Assembly: GCA_041164445.1 (NCBI GenBank)
Contig: JBEAPM010000084.1
Location: 1-40,654 of the forward strand
Length of the DNA stretch: 40,654 nucleotides
Reading direction: 5' to 3'
DNA from: Cyanobacteriota bacterium
Lineage (GTDB): Bacteria > Cyanobacteriota > Cyanobacteriia > Prochlorotrichales > Prochlorotrichaceae
Shown: positions 18,348 to 26,854 of the stretch, in pieces
How the letters are laid out: each line of letters begins with the position of its first letter
Position numbering within the stretch: the first letter of the stretch is position 1
Position numbers and translations under genes: made by a program
The notes under the pieces: model-generated
Database searches by the model: none
What the model saw: the letters and a program-made list of their open reading frames with translations, nothing else
Told to the model about the DNA's origin: nothing

Positions 18348-18378
18348 ATTTAGACATATTTATGGCTACTATATTAAA

Positions 18379-18440
18379 GGGCACCTCCACGCAGGAATAG
18401 AGATTGTATCAGCCGCCCGCCACAATGAATCGAGGTGCCC
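18379..18440 (+). repeat. Family B repeat, internally deleted 62-bp copy
   Basis: GGGCACCTC joined to CACGCAGGAATAGAGATTGT...GCCGCCCGCCACAATGAATCGAGGTGCCC. Confidence 0.6.
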
Positions 18441-18571
18441 TCAAGTATTCAGGCTATAGGGTAAGTGTAGCACGAAGCCCTCGGCCCTTCTGTTGGCAAG
18501 CGCTGTAGGCTACCCTTATTCCTCAATTCAAGACGATCGCTGTTCGCCCGGAAGCGAGTTCAGCTTCTGGC

Positions 18572-19390
18572 TTAGATCAGACTTAAATTTTGCTGTATCT
18601 GTTCAATAACAGCCCGCCAGTTGGGTTTTGAGTGACCCCTGGGGTGAATCCGAGATCCCTGGCAATACACCTGACAAATCGCAGACCGATGTTTTGGGGA
18701 TTGAAAGGGTTCGATCGTTAAAGGCAATCGGAATTGGGAGGGTGATAAACTGTCTAATGCCAGCAGGAGTGTTTTGCAAAACAGGCTGTGATAGGGAATT
18801 TCAACCTCATACAATTGATCTGCTTGCACCGATAAGCAAATCTTGATTGCATTGGACTTCCCTTTCCGTACCGTTAGCCCGTTTACCTTGCAGGTTAAGA
18901 TCTGGGCTGCGATCGGCTTAATCTGCTGTTGGGCATCCACACCATGCCAATAGATTCCCTCAGCATTTTCGGCGTATAGGATCCGTTTTTGAGGTGAAAA
19001 GCCCAATGGCTCTGAAGTGCCTTGGCTAAGATGGTTCGCCATGAACTCTAGAGACTGGGCAATCCGCGTTAAGGAGTCAGGAGAAGTTGCTGCCATCTTC
19101 AATTCCTGATTCTTGAACTCAGGGTCGATCGGTAGAGTTGCTGAGGTGAGGTGTTTGACGCGGTAACGGTGATAGGTGGTCTCAGCATTCTCTAACGTCA
19201 TATCTAGATGTGAATTGGCTAACAGACTTGATTGATCTGGGTTTAAAGGACTATTGTGATGAACTTCTGAGTTGATTTTGGCAATGAGGCGAATCGCACT
19301 ATTATCGGCAATAACCGTTTGCCCATAGAGAACAGTCAAGAGTTGATCGAGTTCGTTGGGATCAAAAGTGATGCTGTAGGTTTTGCTCAT
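18572..19390 (-). CDS. Hypothetical protein, paralog 2 (272 aa)
   Basis: Shares N-terminal, middle and C-terminal blocks with the 360-aa ORF, for example TIEPFQSP...CQVYCQG against TIEPLELP...CQIYYQG. Confidence 0.7.
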   Translation of the reverse strand: MSKTYSITFDPNELDQLLTVLYGQTVIADNSAIRLIAKINSEVHHNSPLNPDQSSLLANSHLDMTLENAETTYHRYRVKHLTSATLPIDPEFKNQELKMAATSPDSLTRIAQSLEFMANHLSQGTSEPLGFSPQKRILYAENAEGIYWHGVDAQQQIKPIAAQILTCKVNGLTVRKGKSNAIKICLSVQADQLYEVEIPYHSLFCKTLLLALDSLSPSQFRLPLTIEPFQSPKHRSAICQVYCQGSRIHPRGHSKPNWRAVIEQIQQNLSLI

Positions 19391-19721
19391 AACGTCCCAG
19401 GATCTAGGGGTACGAGGTCTGATGATCCAAACATAGGTTCTTGGTGGCTTAATTTTTCAGGTATATTAACCCAAACCATTTAAATATGGGACATCTCGAA
19501 AAATCTAAAATATACTTTCTCTGGCTAAGTGAGAATAGCGACTATGGTGTTCATAGGTTACTGTTTCACGAGCTTCCTCCTACTCAGCGGCTCAACCTTG
19601 ATCAATAATTGGATAGAAGAAGACAAAATTCATAAGTTTTACTAATAAAAAAGTTATAGATTTGTTATCAGAACTAACCCTGTTGTGCAGTGCCACCCTT
19701 CCGTGAATCTTTTTCGCTTCT

Positions 19722-19820
19722 GGGTACCTCGAAAACTTCAAAATATTGCCATAGTGCCCACGCAAGAATAGGGATTGTGGCAGGTGGCTGCGTCGCCCGC
19801 CACAATTAATCGAGGTGCCC
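19722..19820 (+). mobile_element. Family B repeat, 99 bp
   Basis: GGGTACCTCGAAAACTTCAAAATATTGCC...CCACAATTAATCGAGGTGCCC, flanked by the 4-bp duplication TTCT (19718-19721 and 19821-19824). Confidence 0.75.
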
Positions 19821-19943
19821 TTCTAGGGGACAGGTAAAACCTTAACGTAAAGATTCGTAAGTTTGTAGTCCAGTTAACTTCGTTTTTTCGAGATTACTCG
19901 ATATGATGTCTAAGGTTTTTTCTGTATGGGTTTGGAGCGCATT

Positions 19944-20210
19944 GTGACGATTTACGTGGGTAACTTATCCTTTCAAGCAACGGAGGAGGACTTAAAAGAA
20001 GTTTTTTCGGAATATGGCCCCGTTAAGCGGGTGAGCCTTCCCCTCGATCGGGAAACGGGGCGTAAGCGTGGCTTCGCTTTCATCGATATGGAAGAAGATG
20101 CCCACGAAGATCGGGCAATTGAAGAACTGAACGAAGCCGAATGGCTAGGTCGTCAGATGCGCGTGAGCAAAGCTCGCCCGAAGGATGATGCGGGGCCTAG
20201 ACGCGGTTAA
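19944..20210 (+). CDS. rbp: RRM-type RNA-binding protein
   Basis: RNP2 IYVGNL and RNP1 RGFAFIDM. A GTG start at 19944 gives the canonical M-T-IYVGNL N-terminus; the track ORF opens at 19926. Confidence 0.9.
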   Translation: MTIYVGNLSFQATEEDLKEVFSEYGPVKRVSLPLDRETGRKRGFAFIDMEEDAHEDRAIEELNEAEWLGRQMRVSKARPKDDAGPRRG

Positions 20211-20235
20211 GATTTCTCCTCGCCCAATGGTGTAG

Positions 20236-20254
20236 GGGCGGGGTTTTCCCGCCC
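20236..20254 (+). terminator. GC-rich hairpin downstream of rbp
   Basis: GGGCGGG-GTTTT-CCCGCCC lies 26 nt after the stop codon. The U tract is weak. Confidence 0.35.
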
Positions 20255-20427
20255 AATGTATAACCCCATTGTCCTATATCTCACTGGGGTTAGCAGACAA
20301 TGGCGTGTGAGTCCCAACAGCTTGATGTGGCGACCTGGATAGGGTTGTGAGCCAAAAGGATCGTGGTTAGGAAGTAGAATCTAAAACCTGGTAGGATGGG
20401 CTGCTAGGCTGTAAAAAATGTTTGAAC

Positions 20428-21532
20428 ATGGATCTGACCGAACTAAAACGCAATATTTCTCTACTCTCTGATCGCCTGGGCAAAGCCCAGGACTATCTTT
20501 GACCCGCCGTCCCTCAATGCGAAAATCCAGGATTTAGAACAATTGGCAGCCCAACCCGATTTTTGGGATAGTCAAACGGAAGCGCAGAACGTTCTCAAGG
20601 AACTCGATGAATGTAAATCTCACCTAGGTACGATCGCCACTTGGCAGCAAACCTTGGAGGATGCGGAAGCCGTAGTGGAGTTGCTGGAGGTGGAATGGGA
20701 TGAGGCTTTACTAGAGGAGTCTAGCCAAAATCTTGCCCAGCTTAACCGTCAACTGGATCAGTGGGACTTAGTGCAGCTTTTGTCTGGCCCCTACGACAAA
20801 GAGGGGGCTGTTTTAACGATTAATGCGGGAGCCGGGGGCACCGATGCTCAGGATTGGGCAGAAATGCTGATGCGGATGTATACCCGCTGGGGAGAAAGCC
20901 AAGGCTATAAGGTGCAGTTGGCGGAATTGTCGGAAGGAGATGAGGCGGGCATTAAGTCGGCGACGTTGGAAATTCTGGGGCGTTATGCCTACGGGTATCT
21001 CAAATCGGAAAAGGGAACCCATCGCTTGGTGCGGATTTCTCCGTTTAATGCTAATGGCAAGCGTCAGACCAGCTTTGCCGGGATCGAAGTCATGCCGGTG
21101 CTGGAGGAGGGGGTAGATCTGGAAATTCCGGAAAAAGATCTGGAAATTACAACGTCCCGTGCCGGGGGCAAGGGGGGCCAAAACGTCAATAAGGTGGAAA
21201 CAGCGGTGCGGGTGGTTCATTTACCGACGGGCTTAGCGGTGCGCTGTACCCAAGAACGATCGCAGTTGCAAAATAAGGCGAAGGCCTTGGCTTTGCTGAA
21301 GGCGAAACTCTTGGTGGTGGCCCAGGAACAACGGGCCCAAGAAATTGCGGATATTCGGGGCGATATGGTGGAGGCCGCTTGGGGCACCCAAATTCGCAAC
21401 TATGTTTTTCATCCCTATCAAATGGTTAAAGATCTCCGCACTCAAACGGAAACCACTGCGATTCAGGATGTGATGAATGGGGAATTGGATCCGTTCATTC
21501 AGGCCTACCTGCGCCAAGATCAAGGGGAGTAA
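20428..21532 (+). CDS. prfB: Peptide chain release factor 2, requires a programmed +1 frameshift at 20497-20503
   Basis: ATG at 20428 gives [24 protein letters not shown], then an in-frame TGA within CTT TGA C. The +1 frame continues [23 protein letters not shown] and joins the 329-aa track ORF, which carries the SPF and GGQ ([18 protein letters not shown]) motifs. Confidence 0.9.
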
Positions 21533-22950
21533 GTTCTTTTAGTTGCCCGGAATTTTTGTGATTGGCGGATTCGCCGCGAGCGGGGGGCAGTGGGGCGGGG
21601 GGGTAACTGCCGTTGGAGTTCCCCTTGCAGACGACTTAATATGGACTCTCGTTCGAGGGTTTGCAACACCTGATCGATCGCCTGGTTGAGATCCGCTTGC
21701 CCATTGCCCCCCTCGGCTAAATAGCGCTTGGCGACTTGTCCCACGGCATAGGCGGAGGTTCCCGCGATCGCACCCTGGGTAACGGCGACGGAAATATAGG
21801 GCGCTAAACTGGCCCCTCCCGTAGGGGCTAAACCTGCACTGAGGAAGCCTTTGAGGGAGCCTAAGCCGAGGTGAGTCATGAACTCCCCCGCACTGAGGGC
21901 TGCGGCGCTGATGCCAATGGCCCGCAGTAAACGCCAGGCTTCCCAGCGGGTGAGGGGCAAGCCATACAAGCGAGCTAGGGAGAGGATTAAGTTAACATCC
22001 ACGATCGTTCCCCCGAGGATATCCAAAACCGCAATGGGATTAATGGCGACCGCCAAAGCCTTGGTGATGGCGCTTTTCCAAATTAATTCCTCCACCGCCG
22101 TTTCCCGGAGGCTTAATTTGCACTCGAGCATCCGAGTCTGGGCCGCTTGACCGTAAAGGAGGCCATTCAGGGTCAGTAGGGCTAAACCGTCCTGTTTGAG
22201 AATTTCGTAAATCCGGGTTTTGAGGGCCTCCACCTGGGGCAAACTAAGCTGGTGGTGTACCTCCATTTGACCGTCTTCCCGGCGTTTGAGCGATCGTTTG
22301 AGGGGGGCAGCAGCGGTCATGACAATATCTGATGTGGCGATCCAGTCCGGCAAGCGATCGGTTTGAATTTTGGCGTAGAGGGCATCCCGATCCGTTTGGG
22401 AATATTGATCCACCTTGTTGAAGACGAGCAGGATGGGTTTTCCCGATCGCCGGAGATCCTGCAACACCTCACATTCGAGATCCGTTAAGTCTCCCGCCAC
22501 CACAAATAAAATTAAATCTGCCCGTTGGGCCACCCGCCGCGCCAACCGCGATCGTTGTTCCCCATTCACCTCATCCAAGCCAGGGGTATCCCACAGTTCT
22601 ACATTCAAGGGCAGATCAACCTCCGGCAACGTCCACCGGGCCGCCATAAACTGGCGCGTCACCCCATGCAGCGCTCCGGTTTGAAACCGGGATTCCCCCA
22701 ATAAAGCATTGAGGAGCGAAGATTTCCCTTGACCCACCAAGCCCAGCACCGCAATTTGCAATAAGCGGGATTCTAACTTGGCCTGCATTCGTCCTAACCC
22801 CCGCAAAACCCCCTCCAATTGACTCCGTTCCCGAGGGGACTTGACCCAGCTTGTCCGTAGGGTGTGCAAGGTCTTTTGCGTTTGACGATAGGTGACCTCA
22901 AGGGCTAAATCTGGCGGTAAAGAACTCGGGATAGATGGACGGGATCGCAT
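21520..22950 (-). CDS. GTP-binding protein with a C-terminal DUF697-like membrane-associated region
   Basis: P-loop [20 protein letters not shown] and NKVD motifs, plus a hydrophobic C-terminal half. Its 3' end overlaps the prfB 3' end by 13 nt (convergent genes). Confidence 0.8.
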   Translation of the reverse strand: MRSRPSIPSSLPPDLALEVTYRQTQKTLHTLRTSWVKSPRERSQLEGVLRGLGRMQAKLESRLLQIAVLGLVGQGKSSLLNALLGESRFQTGALHGVTRQFMAARWTLPEVDLPLNVELWDTPGLDEVNGEQRSRLARRVAQRADLILFVVAGDLTDLECEVLQDLRRSGKPILLVFNKVDQYSQTDRDALYAKIQTDRLPDWIATSDIVMTAAAPLKRSLKRREDGQMEVHHQLSLPQVEALKTRIYEILKQDGLALLTLNGLLYGQAAQTRMLECKLSLRETAVEELIWKSAITKALAVAINPIAVLDILGGTIVDVNLILSLARLYGLPLTRWEAWRLLRAIGISAAALSAGEFMTHLGLGSLKGFLSAGLAPTGGASLAPYISVAVTQGAIAGTSAYAVGQVAKRYLAEGGNGQADLNQAIDQVLQTLERESILSRLQGELQRQLPPRPTAPRSRRIRQSQKFRATKRTYSP

Positions 22951-23188
22951 AGTTAGGGGTGGTGACAGAGAACAGGAAGGTTGGGTAGGTTTTGAGCAAA
23001 CCCGGGCGGCAGAACTTGGGGCAATGGTCTAGGCAAATCGCCTAGATTGAGGCACGATAGATTGAACCATCTTTATCCATTGAACTCAATGAATCAAAAA
23101 GTTAGGCTCACCACAGCCGCATTGCGGGTTGTGGGGTGAACCTAACCCGAGGACTAATACTTTACCCACTGACTGGAGGTGATTTCCC

Positions 23189-23611
23189 ATGGCTTTCCTT
23201 ACTCAGGATGCTCAAGTCAATTGTAATCGCACGATCGCTCAGACGGTTTCTCCACCGCTGAGTCGTTCGAGTGCGAAAGGACATCGAACGACTCCAGCGG
23301 ATCCGCCTCCCTTGATGACTATTGAACTGGCCGATGGGATTTATGCCAAAACCTCCATTCCCGTACTCAACCATCCCGCTGTCCGCTCCGGTTTTGCGGG
23401 GCATCCCGTCAATCCCCGCTGGAGTGCCACGAAGGTGGTGGCTTGGAAAACGGGACGAGAATGGCGACAAGGGTTATCGGATGGAACCTTGGTGGTACGC
23501 GCAACGGATTCCCTCTTAGTTCCTGCGGCAGAGCTTACCGCTAGAGTAGAGCAGCCGAAACCTCAAGGTCTGTTTTGCGGTTTACCGTGGCGACGGTTTT
23601 TACACTCCTAA
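23189..23611 (+). CDS. Hypothetical protein
   Basis: An open frame of 140 aa, possibly starting at the internal ATG that gives MTIELADGIY. I recognised no family. An antisense ORF of similar length overlaps it, so the coding call is tentative. Confidence 0.4.
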   Translation: MAFLTQDAQVNCNRTIAQTVSPPLSRSSAKGHRTTPADPPPLMTIELADGIYAKTSIPVLNHPAVRSGFAGHPVNPRWSATKVVAWKTGREWRQGLSDGTLVVRATDSLLVPAAELTARVEQPKPQGLFCGLPWRRFLHS

Positions 23612-23697
23612 TTTCAATCTCAGGGATGAGGTGCTATGTCTGCAGCGATCGCAGCCCACACTCTGGAACTCCATGAAGTTGAAGCACGATTTGAACT

Positions 23698-24477
23698 TCA
23701 GCAAGCCACGGATCGTAAACGTTGTCCGGTGCGTAAAATCTGTCCCGCTAAAATGGCGGCTCCGAATCCATTATCAATATTGACGACTCCAACCCCAGCG
23801 GCGCAGGAGTTGAGCATGGTCAAGAGTGGAGCGAGTCCGGCAAAGCTAGCACCATAGCCAACGCTGGTGGGGACGGCGACGATCGGGCAGTCCGCTAGAC
23901 CTGCCACGACACTGGGTAAAGCCCCCTCCATTCCGGCGACGACAATGAGTACGTCTGCCCGATCGAGGATGGCTCGATTTTGCAAAAGGCGGTGAATGCC
24001 CGCGACCCCCACATCCCAAAGCCGATGGACTTGAAACCCACAGAGTTCGGCGGTTACTGCTGCTTCTTCCGCTACGGGTAAGTCTGAGGTTCCGGCGGTG
24101 AGAATGCCGATCGTTCCGGGTTGAGCGGGGGGCGATTGGGGCAAGATGGCACAAATGCGGGCCAGGGGAAAGTAGCGCAGATCCCTGACTTGGCTACGCA
24201 CCTGGGTATAGACTTCCGGGCTGACTCGGGTGGCCATGACGATCGCTTGTCGGGACTGCATGGCTTGGATGATTTTGGCAATTTGCTCGGGGGTTTTGTC
24301 CTGTCCCCAGATTACTTCTGGAAAGCCAGTCCGGAGCGATCGATGATGATCGAGTCGGGCAAAATCGGCGACGAGTTCTGTATCTAATTGCTTTAAACGA
24401 TCGAGAGCACTTTCCGGGGAGACTTGCCCTTGGGCAACGCCCTGCAAAAGATGCAGTAGGGGGGTAGAGTCGAGCAT
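23698..24477 (-). CDS. larB: Nickel-pincer cofactor biosynthesis protein LarB (PurE-like carboxylase/hydrolase)
   Basis: HHRSLRTGFPEVIWGQDKTPEQI, GILTAGTSDLPVAEEA, VVAGMEGALPSVVAGL and VPTSVGYGASFAGLAPLLTMLNSC. Confidence 0.8.
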   Translation of the reverse strand: MLDSTPLLHLLQGVAQGQVSPESALDRLKQLDTELVADFARLDHHRSLRTGFPEVIWGQDKTPEQIAKIIQAMQSRQAIVMATRVSPEVYTQVRSQVRDLRYFPLARICAILPQSPPAQPGTIGILTAGTSDLPVAEEAAVTAELCGFQVHRLWDVGVAGIHRLLQNRAILDRADVLIVVAGMEGALPSVVAGLADCPIVAVPTSVGYGASFAGLAPLLTMLNSCAAGVGVVNIDNGFGAAILAGQILRTGQRLRSVAC

Positions 24478-24531
24478 TACAAGTAAGTTTTAACTGCCGT
24501 GACACCGTTTGCCGGTGCAGAGTAGACCGTC

Positions 24532-25926
24532 CTAAGGTTGGGACGGTGGGGGAGAGGATCCTGGAGAAGGTTCTGGATCTTCGGTTTCTTCAGCTTTTTC
24601 AGCTTCTTGGGGCTTATCCTCTTCAGGGGCTTCGGGATCGGTTGCCGCTGATAATGCTGTCGGCGCTGGCGTTTGCAGGGGAGTGTCTATTTCTGCCATG
24701 TTTTCTCTAGGGGCTTCTGGGGGGGCTTCTGGGGCAGTTTCTGGAGGGGGATCGTTGGGTTGGGGTTCCGGTGAAAAGTCCGGAGCGGTTATGGAGGGGT
24801 GTTCCGTGACGGCTTCCGGTGATGGTGCCCCTTCGGATTCAAGACGATCGTTATCCAGGTTTAAAGTCTCCAAGGTGGGGATCTCGACAGGGGATTCAGG
24901 CTCCTCTGAGATCTCGGCTTTGATTTCAGTCTCGATGTCAGGTTCGAGTTCAGCTTCCGGTGGCTCTACCTGTGGGGCTGCATCCGGTTGTGGAACTGGA
25001 TCTGTAGGGGGAATCGGTTCTGTCGAACTGGGGCTGGATGCTGCTTGAGGATCTTCATCCTCGGGACGAACGAAGCGCTTCCCGTGGCTCTTGCGCCCTT
25101 GAAAAAAGTTTTGTACCCGCTTAAAAACGTTCATAGAAGGGGCGGCGGGGACTTGAGTTGCGGTAGTCCCTTTGTCTTCTGGATCCTCCGCTGCTAAATC
25201 CGTTTCCATGTCGTCCCATTCATCGGCTTCGGGCTCTTCGGCAGAGGATTCTAGCGCTTCTAACTCGTCCGTGAGTGTTTTAGTTAAGTCTGTGGTTGTA
25301 TCTTCTGGGGTGAAGGGCTCTGTGATCGGTTGCGTTTCTGCGGGTGTCTCGGGTTGATCGGGGGAACTCTCGGGGGGGATTTGGGCTTGATCTTCCGGTT
25401 CTAAAGCTTGCTCTAAAGATGCTGACTCTACTGCAGCAACGGTTGAATCTGGGGACTCGGGCTGATCCTCCGCTAACGGATCGGCACTGGGTTCGGCGGG
25501 GGTTGGTTTTTCGGGGCGCACCCAGCGAACTTTAGAAGCTTTGGGCTCACGGGGTTCTGCGGGACTGGATTCCAGTAAGCGGGTTAACTGTCGCCCTAAG
25601 GCTTGCAAGCGTTTAATGGCTCCCCCTGCCTTTTCTGCCTCCGTGAGGGTCGCCCAGCGACTCAGATACACCTGGCTACTGAGCCAACCCAATAACGACA
25701 CACTCGCGATCGTTCCGAGCAATACGGCTCCGCGAATTTGGGCGGAACAAAACCACAACACGAGGGCATAAAACATCCCCACTCCACTCCACCACAGGTC
25801 TTGAGCGCGATAGAGCCGAGGGGCCAGAAAACTAATGAAGAACAGGAATAGACTGGCTAGCGCCACCACGATCGCTAGCACTGAAGAGAGAGTAGGGGAG
25901 AGCATTCCGGAAAGTCCCGTAGACAA
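24532..25926 (-). CDS. Ycf66-like membrane protein with a long acidic Pro/Glu-rich tail
   Basis: The N-terminal roughly 90 aa hold two to three TM helices in the Ycf66 pattern. The rest is low-complexity P/E/A/T/D sequence. An alternative ATG start lies at 25905. Confidence 0.65.
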   Translation of the reverse strand: MSTGLSGMLSPTLSSVLAIVVALASLFLFFISFLAPRLYRAQDLWWSGVGMFYALVLWFCSAQIRGAVLLGTIASVSLLGWLSSQVYLSRWATLTEAEKAGGAIKRLQALGRQLTRLLESSPAEPREPKASKVRWVRPEKPTPAEPSADPLAEDQPESPDSTVAAVESASLEQALEPEDQAQIPPESSPDQPETPAETQPITEPFTPEDTTTDLTKTLTDELEALESSAEEPEADEWDDMETDLAAEDPEDKGTTATQVPAAPSMNVFKRVQNFFQGRKSHGKRFVRPEDEDPQAASSPSSTEPIPPTDPVPQPDAAPQVEPPEAELEPDIETEIKAEISEEPESPVEIPTLETLNLDNDRLESEGAPSPEAVTEHPSITAPDFSPEPQPNDPPPETAPEAPPEAPRENMAEIDTPLQTPAPTALSAATDPEAPEEDKPQEAEKAEETEDPEPSPGSSPPPSQP

Positions 25927-25989
25927 AGCAGACGAATAACTCCCCTATTTTGGGGGAAGAGGCTGACATCCGGCAATCATCCTGATGGG

Positions 25990-26026
25990 GGGCACCTCGA
26001 AAAATGGGAAATTTTGCTCTGGCTAG
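25990..26026 (+). repeat. Family B repeat, left-half fragment
   Basis: GGGCACCTCGAAAAATGGGAAATTTTGCTCTGGCTAGG. Confidence 0.5.
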
Positions 26027-26094
26027 GGCGTGTCATCCATTCAGTCCGGAACCTTGACGGGAGCAACATTAGCCACCCTCGCCCCGATTCACCG

Positions 26095-26613
26095 CTAGGC
26101 CCTGCTAAATTCCTTGGTAATGACTTGAGTGGGGCCAGCGCAATACACACATAACTGATTGGAAATATCCACGGCTTCCTCGGGGGTTTTATCCAAGTAC
26201 ATGGCGGTCAGGGCAAAATGTTCCCCGGCTCCGATCGCACTGAATTCATTGATTTTTTCCACGAGGTAACTGTCCACTACGCGAAAGATGCGATCCTCGA
26301 TGCCAATTAAATAGTCGTTATGTTTGCTGAACCCGTCATCCTTCGATTTTGCCCAGGTATAAAATTCCACCATAAAGTCTAAAACTGCTTCTACGGTAGC
26401 GGCAGCCGGTTTATGGTTGCGGGCAAAAATTTGCATAAAGCTCAGTTCCATCACATAGCCCACACTCCCAATGACCAGATCATTGATTTCAAATAACTTG
26501 CCCTGCTCGTCTCCGGTCACGCGACTAGTGTTTTTGAGTAAACCGGCCACTCGAATACTGTCGGATGCAAAGACTAAGCGATCGGGATAACAACGGGCAG
26601 CAACAACACTCAT
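26095..26613 (-). CDS. HslV/proteasome-beta-like Ntn-hydrolase-fold protein with Ser at position 2 (172 aa)
   Basis: By-eye alignment to HslV: MSVVAARCYPDRLVFASDS against TTIVSVRRNGHVVIAGDGQ; IGSVGYVMELSFMQIF against AGFAGGTADAFTLFELF; SAIGAGEHFALTAMYL against IAIGSGGPYAQAAARAL; and a similar length. Confidence 0.6.
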   Translation of the reverse strand: MSVVAARCYPDRLVFASDSIRVAGLLKNTSRVTGDEQGKLFEINDLVIGSVGYVMELSFMQIFARNHKPAAATVEAVLDFMVEFYTWAKSKDDGFSKHNDYLIGIEDRIFRVVDSYLVEKINEFSAIGAGEHFALTAMYLDKTPEEAVDISNQLCVYCAGPTQVITKEFSRA

Positions 26614-26677
26614 AATTCACACCAGAAAAATTGAAAATTTGCCCTAGTCCCCACGGAAGAATACGGTGAGGACTAGG

Positions 26678-26757
26678 GACGACCAACTTAAGGCGAAAGA
26701 GTGCGGCACGAAGCGTCGCACTCTTTCATTAAATTTTTTCGCTTTCAGTGGAAAGCC
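26678..26757 (+). mobile_element. Family A repeat, 80 bp, diverged
   Basis: GACGACCAACTTAAGGCGAAAGAGTGCGGCACGAAGCGTCGCACTCTTTC...GTGGAAAGCC. Flanks are GGACTAGG and GGACTGTG. It abuts a family B fragment at about 26615-26677. Confidence 0.7.
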
Positions 26758-26785
26758 GGACTGTGAATACAATACCTTAATTTTG

Positions 26786-26854
26786 GGCTATCAACTTAAG
26801 GCGGCAGAGTGCGGCGCACTCTGCCATTAAATTTTTCGCTTTCAGTGGAAAGTC
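26786..26854 (+). mobile_element. Family A repeat, 69 bp with a shortened hairpin
   Basis: GGCTATCAACTTAAGGCGGCAGAGTGCGGCGCACTCTGCC...GTGGAAAGTC, flanked by a perfect 8-bp duplication TAATTTTG (26778-26785 and 26855-26862). Confidence 0.8.

Noticed and set aside
19544-19645. A small hydrophobic ORF (about 33 codons, MVFIGYCFTSFLLLSGSTLINNW...) upstream of rbp
   Set aside because: There is no ribosome-binding site or conservation evidence available, and it is too short to call from sequence alone.
20813-21523. Three minus-strand ORFs (135, 96 and 60 aa) inside prfB
   Set aside because: They are antisense to the conserved RF2 coding sequence, with arbitrary composition.
23846-24505. Alternative-frame and antisense ORFs (69-103 aa) overlapping larB, and the 73-aa ORF at 23636-23857
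   Set aside because: The larB frame carries the conserved family motifs. The others are Arg/Pro/Ser-rich, as is typical of wrong-frame GC-rich sequence.
24683-25771. Several plus-strand ORFs (61-121 aa, Ser/Gly-rich) opposite the Ycf66-like gene
   Set aside because: They are by-products of the Pro/Glu-rich low-complexity tail on the other strand.
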